Source of the DNA: Chromera velia
Taxonomy: Eukaryota
Length of the DNA stretch: 48,144 bases
Direction of reading: 5' to 3'
Assembly (NCBI GenBank): GCA_018398765.1
Contig: JAHBMJ010000412.1
Span: forward strand, 1-48,144
Shown piece by piece: positions 36,728 through 48,144 of the stretch (position 1 is its first letter; the number at the start of each line of letters is the position of its first letter). The translations under genes were made by a program, and so were the position numbers. The notes beneath the pieces were generated by a model, which saw only the letters and a list, made by a program, of their open reading frames with translations, was not told the DNA's origin and searched no databases.

Positions 36728-37309
36728 GCCGCTGTCTGTCTGTCTGCACGGCTGTCAGGAACTGCCGGGAGATTTTGAGGACTGATTCGCATGCCTGCTT
36801 TGCCGGTGAAAGGGAAAGACCGCGAAGAATGAGAATGAACACAAGTTGATGACAATTCAAAGCCAATTTGAAGACAGAGCAAAGGTTGGCGTAAACAAAA
36901 GGGTCACAGGACAATAACCACACTTTGAAATACCACCGCGGGACGCTCTGGCAAACTTAAACCAGCACTTACCCTAAATTTCATACGACATTCTTACCAT
37001 AGCATGACGTGTACCTTTACACAAATCAATCAAAATCCATAAATCTTTGAAACAGCTTCATGTATTTACTGCAAATATATATAAATCTACTGAAATAAGG
37101 TTTGTACCCTTATTACCCTAGTTTATACTTGTACTAGTAGGCTATTATTATGACGCTTTGTACGCTGATTCTTTTTATTTACATAAACTTCCAATTTAAC
37201 TTTTTTACATAAAATTTTATATCCCATGATAATTCTTGCTAGGATTTCTATTACTAGTTCTATCATATCTTAAAAAGGGGGTGCGAACGCAAAAACCTTT
37301 TTATAGTAG

Positions 37310-37382
37310 TGAATGAATGAATGAATTGAGGCGGTTAAAGCCGGTGAGCCACTACTTAGGCTCTGGCCAAAGTGCATCATTG
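37310..37382 (-). mobile_element. Short 3'-end remnant of a non-LTR retroelement (SINE/LINE tail)
   Basis: On the minus strand, a stem-loop GAGCC-TAAGTAGT-GGCTC is followed by an (ATTC)n tail. It is a GC-rich island in AT-rich DNA with the same layout as the LINE 3' end at ~42545. Confidence 0.4.
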
Positions 37383-38671
37383 CTACAAATAGTGTATAAA
37401 AACTAAAAAAAAAAAAAAAGAAAAAAATCCTAGACAGTTGCTAGGAAAGTTATCATAGAATTAAACATCTAAAGAAATTAACACTCTTCCATAAATTGAC
37501 CTAGCGAGAATGTCTAGCGGGGAACGCGGAAACCTATTAATTAATTAATCAATGAATCAACAAATTGCGATTTGAAAATATTATACTAGAGATGTTATAC
37601 ATTTTCGCTATAGGTATACATTCATTCCAAGTCTAGCATTCATTTTAAGTCTAGTTTTAAGTACGTATCGCTTTTTTTTTCTACCTCGTTCATATATAAA
37701 ATATTGATTTTGTTGTTTTGGTTGCGATAATTGTCTGTCTTTGTCTGTCTCACGGGCATTGCATGCATTGATTCACGAACAGTCATATCTCACTCGAAGC
37801 ACCCTTGGTCTAGTTGAGCGCGCGTCGATTTTTTGTTGTTCCAACAACATGCGAGCCAAAGCATTCGAGAAACACGAAACGATTGTGTGGACATGTACAT
37901 GTGTGTCAATCTGCAGCCGTTGAAGGAAGAATCGGGAAGTTGAATTCGAAAGCGGCAACGAATGCATGAGTGAATGAAGAAAGAATGGAAACAGGAAAGG
38001 GGAAGAAAATTATCCCGACTGCTTGCGGATGGCGAACCGACTGGATCAAAAGTCATCTCCTGATGGCACATCAGACAAGAAGGACTGCCAGTCTTCTTTG
38101 CCTTCTTCGTTGCTTTTGGCCCCCCCCAACCGTATCGCACTGACGAAGAACGAAAGGAATGACAGACGGACAGAGGAGTAAAGACCAAACGGACACCGCC
38201 GGTCTTCCTAACAACAGCGAGCACCCCATTCGCATTGATTTAGCGGAAGTACGCGCAACGTGAAGTAGACAGTGCAGCACCTGGGAGGGTGGGTCAGGAC
38301 GACCATCAGGACAAATGGGGAATCTCCAAAGAGTCTTACGGGAAAAGGACGAAGGGAAGGGAGGCGATACTTGAGGAGGGAGGGAAGGGAAGGAGTCGGC
38401 GGTCCGTACCCACAGCAGACACAAAAGCAGGGCGGGTGGGTGCATGGCTGCCCTCGAAGGAAGGAAGGAAGGACCGAATGGATAGACTTGCAGACAGAGA
38501 GCCGACTCGTTCTCTCAGTCGTCTGGTGGGAAGGGGGGACGGACGGACAAGCATTTCTGAATTCCTTCATTGATTCTTATTCTTTCTTTCTGTCATGTTT
38601 CTTTTTTCCCTCATGCATACACCGATCCATGCAAAGAGGCAGGCTGAGAGATGGATCGATTGATTGATTGG

Positions 38672-38955
38672 TTATGCCTTGGGCTTCTTGTTCTCCTGAT
38701 TCGCTGCTGCAGCGGCTTTTCGCTTCTGTGCAGCCTTCGCTTTCGCTTCAGCCTTCGCCTTAGCGGCAGCCTCCTTCTCCTTCTTCACTCTCTTCTCGTT
38801 CACCTGCAAGAATTTTTGTTTGAAAGAGTGGCTGATTCATTCTCCCTTATCGGCCNGGGGGGGGGGGGCCTGCGTGTCCCTCCCTCTGTCTCTCTCGCCC
38901 TCGAGAGCACACAGCCAGAGATCGACAAACTCAGACGCACAAAGACACAGATGCG

Positions 38956-39005
<50 letters not shown>

Positions 39006-39958
39006 CAGACAGACTGTTTCCAGATGAATGACGACTGTCTCCAGAGAAGCAAATACTTTAAGATCACGAGAGGGTATCATCCCAAATTCATACCATATGC
39101 GACAGGTAGACAGAAAGAAGGAAAGAAAGGCCTACCTACCTACCTTCACTACTGCGGCGCCGAAAAAGTTCTCCAGGCGGGTCTGAGACGCCTTCTGTCT
39201 CGCCTTCTTCAATCTGAGAGAAGGCAAGGACGTCCGGCAGAGAGAGCACGAATAATGCATGAACACACGCAGGTGCATCGGAAGTGGGCAACAAAAATAC
39301 ACATTTGCTCATTTGAAGTTGCTTCTGTGTTTCTGCGTCTTTTGAATCTGAAGAATAAAAAGCCAAGAGAAAAGAAGAGATAAAGCGGGACCAGGCAGGA
39401 AGGAAGGAAACATTCATCAGCCCAACTCAAAAAGAGTTTTACAAGCGGTAAGGGGGACGATGGGAGGGCGAGACGGTTCCAGTGTACGAATGTCTGTGTG
39501 GCCGACGATTTCGTGTCTCTACGTGCTTGTGTGCTGTCTTTACGCAAACGAAATGTCTGCTTCACTTCATTGAATGAAACGAGAGGAAGGGAGAAGGAAA
39601 AGAGAGCCAAGCATCGAGAGCGTGTATGTATGTATGTATGTATGACTGTTTTCTATTCCGCCTCCTACCTTCCCACCCACCTCTCTGCTGCAGACTCAAA
39701 TCTCTTCTCGGAAAAGGAATTCTCCTCCACAAGAAATTTCTTCAGGCCCTCCAAGTCCGGCTCCTTCGACTCCAGCTCCTTCGCGTTCTCCACACTCGCA
39801 ACCTGGCAACAAGGTAGGCAAAGGCAAGCAGGGGGCGTCGCAGACATTCAGACGAAGAGGCAGACAGGGGACTCTTTCTTTTTTCCTCCCTTCTCTTTTG
39901 TTCAGTCAATGCCAAGACTGACAGACCAAACCGACCCCCACACCCCCTTGCCACACAC

Positions 39959-39997
<39 letters not shown>

Positions 39998-41735
39998 TCT
40001 GTGTATGCGCGAAAGAGGAGAGAAATTGGAGGATGAAAGGAACGAGAAGAAAAAGTGGCCTAGAGAAACGGGCACCCGACACAGGTCGAGCACACCGACA
40101 AACCAACCGGTGGGTCCTGAAAGAACTGTCTGACGGCCTTGAAGTCGAAACTGCCCTCCTCAGGCAGCTGCGTCCCCTTCGCCTTCAATTTTTCCACGAT
40201 TGTGTCAATGTCTTTGTGTTCCTTCACCATCTTGAACGCCGTCTCCGGTCCGATCCCCTTGATCGAATCGCAGTAGTCACACCCGCAGAGAATGCAGAAG
40301 TCAATGAACTGGTCCATGGTGACCTGGAGGTCCTCCAACAAAATGGCCAAATTGACCTCAACGATCGGGTTCCCTCGAACCTTCTGCTCACTCAGATTCA
40401 GGTGACGCACCTGAAAAAAGAAAAAACAAATCAGTGAACTGGTGAAAAGAGACGAAAGAAGAAGAGGAAAAAGAGAAGAAACAAGTGAATTTATGCACAA
40501 ATCATCAACACAAGGATTCAGACCTCCTGTTCGGTCGCGCAGATCATTCGCATGACAGACCAACAGAGAAAGATCTTTGTGGTCGGCCCAACCTGTGCGC
40601 CTCCTCCCCCCGTTCTTTCTGTGTTCCCCCGAAATCTCCATCCTGCGTAGGCATCTTTCCTGTCTCTAGTTTTCTCGTCTCTTCGTCTTCCTCAAAAGAA
40701 AAAAATAAAACAGGGACTCGGAAAGGACCAAAAGGAAACTCACTTCAAATCACTGAACCAAAGATTGCCCTTTCCTCCACATACAGAAAGGTGAACAGAC
40801 AGACAGACAGATAGGGAAAGACGGACCTGCACGGGAGTCCCGAAGGTCAGAGCGTCGGCATCGTCCGTCCCTGTGCCATACACGAAACCCTTCTTCGCCA
40901 GCGCTGCGCAGGTGGCCTCTGCGTCGGTGGCTGCCTCCACCACGGGGATGCCCATCAGGGCGAGGAGCCTCTTGATGTCCTCGTTGTGCTTGCGGGTGAC
41001 GTGAACGGTCCTCCCAATGAACTTTTTGATGTCGTCCTTGTTGCCGGCCTCCTGGGCCTCCTTCAAGTCCGCCTCTGCCTGCGCACGTTTGTTGGCTCTC
41101 TTCAAAAGCTCCCCGCTCTTCAACTGCCCGGGTTTGCCGTCGAAGACGTACACAGGTTTGATCCCAGCGTCGAGGAATCGGATCACCCGGTTGAGGAATC
41201 CTGCGATGTGACTGGTCGTTTCCCCCTGCTCGTTGGTCAGGTTCGAAAAGTTCTCGCCGTCTCTGATGGCGATCATGAACTGATACAGACTCATCGAGGC
41301 GTCAATCGCCAGCTTCCTCCCTGTGTAATTCTGCAATTCGACCTGGAGAAAAGACAAGGAAAAAAAGGGTGCTGAATTCACCTCGCTGAACACACCCGAC
41401 ATAAGGAATGAAGGAGGCTGAAAGTGGAGGGGATATTTCAGTTTGGATGCCTCCCTGTCAAAGTAACTCGTTTTCCTGAGCAGTGTGTCGGGGGGACGAG
41501 CTGCTTTGCGATTCGGAACGGATAAATTCGACGTCAAAAACGAGTGCGAGCTGACACACACGCTCTCGACCAGCTTCTCCAGTGAAAAAATCATTTGAAT
41601 GCCAACCACCGTCTCCGCGTCTGTCTGGAGTCAGTGCAAAGATGGATGGATATAATGTCAGACCAACAAGCTCACCTGTTTGATGGCTCTGGGGGCCCTG
41701 TCGTTGATGAATTTCATCAACCCCTTGATCCCCAT
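38672..41735 (-). CDS. FEN1: Flap endonuclease 1 (XPG/RAD2 family), 400 aa, 6 exons
   Basis: Exons 41735-41676, 41342-40827, 40410-40108, 39802-39681, 39213-39144, 38803-38672 (1,203 nt). Motifs [59 protein letters not shown] (H3TH), PIP box QTRLENFF, basic C-terminal tail. Confidence 0.97.
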
Positions 41736-42004
41736 CTTGAGTTCCTCTCTCTTGGTCTCTAGATGTCTTCGTTCGTCTCTGAGATTTCTTCCCGTTGCGT
41801 CGGCGGGCCTGAGGTAAAGTTGTCTTTTTCCTGGTGAAGGGTGCAAACAAACAGTAAGGTCCTTCAAGCTGAAAGTTGTGCGACTGAGTGACTGTTTGCT
41901 GACCCAGCTCAGGGCTTCGGGTTCACCCCACAGTGCTGACCAAATTTGAGATTGGATTCCTTTTGCCACCGAAATCCATGCACCGAAATCTTCAGCCTAT
42001 TGCA

Positions 42005-42072
42005 GCCTTGCAGCGGCCGCCGCGCGCGCGGCGGTACAATCAAACTCGGGGCCGGCCCGGGGCGGCGGGGCA
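42005..42072. promoter_or_regulatory. CpG-rich island upstream of FEN1
   Basis: GCGGCCGCCGCGCGCGCGGCGG and GGGGCCGGCCCGGGGCGGCGGGG about 300 bp upstream of the ATG, at the border of an AT-rich tract. Confidence 0.4.
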
Positions 42073-42544
42073 CTCACGCAGATTCTCAAAGTGCTTTCGA
42101 TCTGCGATTTAAATATTTTCCTTAAACGGTCAGTCTACAGAGACAATCTGAGACATTGGACGAAAGTGTATCCTTCATACAAGAGAAAGCTTCATTTTCT
42201 GATACTTTCTGATAAACTAACTAAAAGTAACGTATCTATCAATGTATCTTCCAGTGTCGTAGCAAACTAGATTGGTTTGGGGGCGTTTCTTTTTCTATTA
42301 TTTTTCTAACTTTATGTACAACTGAATTTGCTGCTGGATTAAATCTACAAAAACCATTATCCTCCCAAAAAATAAAACCAGAAAAACTTTTTTGTTTGTT
42401 TTGTTTAACTTTAAACCTTCTATTACACGTTGTGTAACGTTGTGTCCACGCCTCCTGTGATGACCCCCTTTGTCTTTCTAATACTTTCTAGATCATTCTA
42501 GACTCTTTTAAACTTTCCCTCTCCTCTTATTCCTTATCTTCTTC

Positions 42545-45500
42545 TGATTGATTGATTGATTGATTGATTGATGCCAAACCCTAGGTGGAGTTAGAACTCC
42601 TGGACGGCGCATACATGCATGGGTCTATTCAATTGTGCCAGCTGCAAACTAAGTGGACGATAGTTATTTGAAATTAATCTAATCAATCATTTACTACAAT
42701 ATGATGAGAAATCATAAAGAGGAGAGAGGCTTGAGAACGCAAGAGCAATGTGATGAACTTGCGAACTCCCAGATCAGAAAAGGAAGCGGATGTAAAGGGT
42801 GAGTTACAACGAGTGAAGCGGTCTGATTGAATTAATACCAAGCACTGCAAAAAGCCTTGTTCGGCAGTTCATCGGGGGCAGACAGAAAGCCAATGAATAA
42901 AATCATCTACACACTGGCAGCAGGCTTTATAGGTGCACAGCTTTCTATCAGAGCAACCAATAGACAGCCCACCTTGCCCGCCTATCGGGTTGTATGTCAG
43001 CATGCGCAAAAAAGAAAAGATCGAACCATCCGTAACCGACAAGGCAGAACGGGGAAGGGCAGAGACGGAAGGAACACCGGAAAACGACTTGCTGCACAAA
43101 AGAAAGACAAACATATGGCGGGAAGATGGGAAGTCGCGCTGCAGAGCGGTGAGTCTAGCAAGGAGGGGAAAGTAAGAGGAAGATTGCCCATTATCCTCAG
43201 AAGCCTTCATACATTCCTTTGCAACTGTCTATCTCACCTTGCCCTAAGGCTTGAAGAAAAGTGAGCTGGTGCCTTGTGCCCTACGACCATTCTGCCCGCG
43301 TTGGGAAGACAGATCGGGCTCAACCCTTAGCGAACGGACAGAAATCAAATCAGCTTAACGAAGCAGCCTATCTATAGACCCTGTAAATTCAATTTGTTGG
43401 CAGCAGTTATTCTTCCAGGCACACAACATAGCTGCAGGAATAGTGTGTGTTATGATAGAAAAAGAGTGCCATCAGTCAGCTATGCGGGAGCAGAGAAGAG
43501 CTTTGCAGGGAAGAAGACTACGGATGCAAAGAAAGGGCAGGTGGAGGCTGTGAGCAGATAAATGACCACACCAATGGGCAAACCGAAGCTGTAAAGCATT
43601 AAGAGCGAACAAGACCCCCTGGTCTACATCCCGCACTGGCAGACATTCAAGGCAGTAGAGCGCTACGGGGGTTCAACAGGCTGTAAAGATTGTTATCTGC
43701 ACGTCAATGCTGAGCAGGCCCATGCTCGTAATCATTGACAACCCAATTACCCCTCCCAGAGCCCGCGAAGCAGAAGCAATACGGGACTCAATCATTTTGT
43801 TTAAGCACCCCCTTTCAAAGAAAACACACCCCAGATATTTATATTCGGATGTTCATTCAACTTCCTTCCCATTATACACGACTCTACCTGCAAACTGTTC
43901 CAGAGCCAAGGCAGACAGACGCAAGATTTTTGTTTTCTTTAAATTTATAGTCAATCCCCATTCCTTGCAATACCCTTCCAAGGCTGAGAACTTCTTTTGC
44001 AGATCCAAGACGGAATGAGCAAGGAAACAGAGATCATCCGCATACCCTAGACTACCTAAGATGCAGTTGTCAAGGAGGACAGGTTCGGGCTCTCTCTCGG
44101 GCTCCTCATCGCTGCCCTCCCCCATGATTCTGCTGTCTGACCATCCTGCTCCCTCTGCTTCTCTGTCTATGGCCCCCTCGTTCTTACTAAGTGAACACAC
44201 ACGGGGAAGGTCATTAATATAGATAAGAAAGAGAATGGGAGAGAGAGCATCACCTTACTTTACCCTAGCGTCCTCCTGAAAACGCAAAGAGTCCCCGTCT
44301 CCCTTTCCCCAGACCTCCCTGTACATTTTATAGATTATGCACACATCTGCCTCACATATACCTTCTCTTCTCAATTTCTCAATTAGCTTACCTCTCGGCA
44401 CAGTGTCGAAGGCTTTGGAGAAATCAACAAAGCCTGCCAGCAGAGCTTTCTTTTTCTTTTTAGAGAAGAGAATGGCAGAGACAAGCGCGCCTACCCCTTC
44501 CCTCATTCCCCTAGTCGTTCCCAATTCTTTGTCTGAAACCTAACTGCCTGACGTCAAGCTCAACTTGAGAGCACACACAGCTGTCCATCAGCAAACCAAA
44601 AAGTTTTGCGAAAGGGTTGACAACGTGAATAGGCCTCTATTCATTGAGAGAAGGAGAGGCAGGGCCTTTAGGAATAGGGCAGATACGCAGCATATTCCAG
44701 GAGGGAGGCCAGCAAGCAAAAATATACATACAATTAAACAAAACAAAAAGTAAAAAACGAGAGAGCGCCGAGTGTGTAAAACAAAGGTCAAGCTAAGCGG
44801 GGAAGATTCCTTATTAGCTGCGTACAGGGCTATCATGCTAGGTAACTACGAGGCTAGCAGTGTGGTGGGCTAGACAGAGAGATTCCTAAACAGACATTCT
44901 TAGAGGGAGTTCCATCTTAGAGTTTCTGATAGCAACCACTCATACCAATCATACTGCTTCCAGAGCTTCTTCTGCTTGGCATAGAACAAATGCATCACTT
45001 TGTGTATCGATCACTGATTTTGTATACCAATGCACGCGTTCATCGATCCCGCGCCCATACTCCGTGCGAGCAGCCCGTCGTCAAGCGACTGAGTCTCCCG
45101 CCAGCCCAACGGCGGCGCCTCGTACAGGCCCTACATTCCTTCAAGGCCGGAGGCTTTCTTTCTATTCATTTTTTTTAGAGCAGAGGAGATTTGATGGAAA
45201 GAGAAGGGCAAAATAGAAAGGTAAAAAGGAGGAGGGGCAGGTAGGAGGGCGGAAGGGAGAGGCTCTTCATTCTTGTTTTGAAACACCCCCGCCGAATGAT
45301 TCAAGAACTCACGTAGAGAAGGACGGGAGGCTCTCCCAGCTGAGACAGCTTTTTTCTTTCTCCTCCAGATAGCAAACGAGTCTTTTAACAACTTTTTTTG
45401 TACCCTCCAGGCTTGTGCTCTCTCCCACGCAACTCTCTTTCTTTTGAACAGAGTACGATGGACCCGGAGAAGCCTGTGCAGTCTATCAAACTCTATTCTC

Positions 45501-45820
45501 CTTTCATTCCCATCTCTCACTAGCTTCCATCTCTCGTCTGCCTCTCTAACCTCTTTCTGTAAAGCTTTACATTGAATTTCCAAATCAAACCATGCCTCTC
45601 TATTGTTATCAATCTCTTTCAACTATTTTCAACAAACTTATTTTTGGTTCAGCTTTGACATGTCGTTTACAAAACTTATTTCCTCCTGTCTATCCTTCAA
45701 TCTATCCTTCTCAGCATGCATGGCTAAACATGCAGCTCTGAATGATTCCATACATCTGCTAACATGTTATAATCATCTAGCATTGTTTTATATGTCTTCT
45801 GTCTAGGCTTTCCTCTTCTA
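42545..45820 (-). mobile_element. Degenerate non-LTR retrotransposon (LINE) ORF2: reverse transcriptase + C-terminal Cys/His knuckle
   Basis: Fragments KKASGLEG, ICPIPKG...RPIHVVNPFAKL, QLGFR, GFVDFSKAFDTVPR, VK*GDALSPILFLIYINDL, LGYADDL, GLTINLKKTKIL, and RKLCTYKAC...HWLSVCP. The 3' end has a GGAGTT-CT-AACTCC hairpin and a (CAAT)n tail at 42545-42570. Multiple stops and frameshifts. Confidence 0.92.
44813..45134. mobile_element. 322-bp insertion nested in the LINE RT region
   Basis: Flanked by duplicated ATTCCTT (44806-44812, 45135-45141). Removing it restores SGLEG|IFPA in the LINE frame. CGTACAGG occurs near both ends, and the right end reads TAGGG on the minus strand. Confidence 0.75.
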
Positions 45821-46433
45821 AAGAAAAATTTTTTAAAATGGTCTCCAACACCCAAACGGTCTCCAAAATTATGAAGTATCTACATATTTTCTAGAGCATT
45901 TTAAAACAATTTCTAATGATATTAAACATTGTTTTGTTGTTTAAACTGCATTTATAATAAGCTCAACTATCAGAATGTATAGCAGAATTAATAATGATAA
46001 TACCTAGGATGATACATATTATAATATAACTATACATTCACGTACGTACATATATTTGAATAAGATACGGAAAATTTATAATACTATAACTGATTCTTAA
46101 ATTTGGTCTAATTCATGTTTGAAATTTGCTTTAAATAAATGAAAACAGTTAAAGAAATGAAAACATTAAAGTAATTTACAGGCATAAAACGGTGAGTAGT
46201 TGTTTGTATAAATAAACATTCATAAGATATTATCTAGGATGGATGCAGGTGCACCTTCACCTGCCAGTGTGTACCGCTCCAAAAGTTGGTACCGAAACCT
46301 ACAGCATCTTTCGCATCGCATATCCAATGATTTGCTGCCAATGACTTGCTGAACTTGAAGCAATTGTTGTGCACGACGCAGTAGAAGTCCACTCTGGCTT
46401 CAATCATGAAACAGAATATGCACACACCAGTTA

Positions 46434-46483
<50 letters not shown>

Positions 46484-47649
46484 ACGAATGTGCGAACCCG
46501 CACGACCACCTCTGTATTCCTCTGCCTCCTTTTGCCTTTTGCTTTCATCTCGTGCTTAATGTTGCTTGCATGCACACGCAGTCTTAGATCCTGCATGCAG
46601 TCACAGAGCAAGAAAAGAATGAAGTTCCAGGCGAGGGTCAGAGGTGCATCATGCTCCGACATGATGGAACGGCTTGTAAGCTTTGAGAAAGACAAACGGA
46701 TGAACCCACCAAAGAGCACGTGAAGGCCCCTCTGGCTCCCTCAAACAGCCCAGTGGGAGTCCCAAATCCTGCCTGCAGATATATACTAAGAAGATAAGGA
46801 AGTATGCGAGTTTGGGCAAAGGTGGGCGAGCGCCTGATATGATGCAACGAGGGTTACGGCTAGCTCATGTCTGAGAGGAGACGGAACCTCAAACTCACCA
46901 AAAGGAAGACGAAGACAGCCTTAGTTCCCCCAGCGAGGCAAGCAAGAGCTCGAAAGCTTACATTGGGGCACGCAGCAGAACAAGACATCGACCTAAGATT
47001 GGGAGCAAGACGACCCTCTCCAATTTTACCCACCTCACCTACTTGACAGAACGAGACGGGGAAATAAACCCATGCCCAAAAAAAAAGAGACGGCTGAGGT
47101 TCCACCCAAAGTCTGCTCCCTATGCAAAGCGTAGAGCAGCCCTGACTTCGACAAAGTGCGACCTGATCTGACAATATTAGGAAACATGCACGGTGAACAG
47201 TAAACACTTCATGGGCAGTGTAAAGAGAAATATGCAGTGTGACTAGCTTATTAAAACCTTTGTCAAATCAGAGCTCATGCATGCTGCATCAATTCTACCG
47301 CGCGTGTGCGTCAAAATCGGATTCCGATCCGATTTTAAATCCCCTTGAAAGCTTTGCGAGCCGCAGCGTGCGCGGCCGCCGCGGACTATTAATTATTTGG
47401 GGGGGCGCGCGGACGCACTGCCACTGGCAGGCTTGCACTCGGTCACGCACCGTCATACATGCAGGCGCAATACATTTTTTCTATAGCACTCGCTAACTAT
47501 GATTCATGAACGCAAAAATGCACTTGCAGAATGTTTAAAACTCTTTGTTTCTACTTTTTAATCACTGTTTACTGCCCAAACATGCCTGCGGGATAGGGTT
47601 GTTTTGGAGACCGTTTTGGTGTTGGAGACCGTTTTAAAAAATTTTCCCT
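45821..47649. mobile_element. TIR DNA transposon derivative (~1.83 kb, possibly MULE-like)
   Basis: ~48-bp TIRs (AGAAAAATTTTTTAAAATGGTCTCCAACACCCAAACGGTCTCCAAAA vs the reverse complement of 47602-47648). Flanks CCTCTTCTA / TTTCTTCAA may be a decayed 9-bp TSD. No intact transposase. Confidence 0.75.
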
Positions 47650-48144
47650 TTTCTTCAAAGTGGCGTACGTCTATTTTATCTCATATGAATACAGTTTTTA
47701 TTCATATATTCTGCATGATATACACATAAAGACTAATAAAAATAAATAAAGACACAGATGCTAACAATCATAGAGCTACACAGAGGATATTTTTAGATAT
47801 ATAAAGATGTAGACACATACAATATTGGTCAAATCTAGTCAAATCTAACCTTTTAATGATAAGTTTAATCCTAGCTTTAACTGATTTTAATCTCATATCA
47901 AAATATGTTGCTAGGCTCTGTAATTAGCTCCCTAAGTTGGGCCTTGAGACTTGGAATGATTTTAAGTTAGTCAGTTAATTAGTTGATTAAAGTTAGTACT
48001 AGTGTTAAGAGCTACAGGAAGCCCTCAGAATAGATAAAGAGAAGTGACACTAGTCAGGCTCCAGAGAGGCTCCAAGATGATCTAAGTGTCTGAAGAGTCA
48101 GAGGTCAGGTTCCAGAAAATTCAATCTATAGCGCTAAGGTTGAT

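Noticed and set aside
37790..38450. Short ORFs downstream of FEN1 as an extra exon or separate gene
   Set aside because: FEN1 ends with a normal basic tail and TAA at 38672; these ORFs have no recognisable domain and are probably 3'UTR
46234..47207. Minus-strand ORFs inside the TIR element as a transposase
   Set aside because: They are interrupted by microsatellite and have no convincing DDE motif, and the coding strand cannot be determined

Overview
Eukaryotic, intron-rich genomic DNA. The host is most likely an alveolate of the chromerid type (Chromera-like); this is an inference from the apicomplexan-style FEN1, microsatellite-filled GT-AG introns, abundant TGCATGCA and the CBM20/C-x-HG zinc-finger family. 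Hand-built gene models give five loci: (1) a disrupted CBM20 + CxHG-CxxC repeat zinc-finger gene (1933-3529, +); (2) a ~2,500-aa multi-TM protein with a huge disordered tail, made of two ORFs joined by a phase-2 intron (8714-16908, -); (3) a 9-exon ~620-aa unknown protein (18481-21745, -); (4) divergent from it, a 25-exon secreted protein with many phase-0 micro-exons of 9-63 nt and about ten (S/A)F-hydrophobic-(Q/x) motifs resembling alveolate aspartyl-protease maturation sites (22682-36727, +); (5) an intact 6-exon FEN1 (38672-41735, -). Intergenic tracts are AT-rich and hold mobile elements: a MITE, a deleted hAT-like element with TIRs and TSD, a non-autonomous Helitron, a decaying ~50-bp minisatellite, and a degenerate LINE carrying a nested 322-bp insertion and abutting a TIR element. 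The repeats show a directional C>T / G>A (often CpA>TpA) pattern reminiscent of fungal RIP. All models were read by eye and need computational confirmation.
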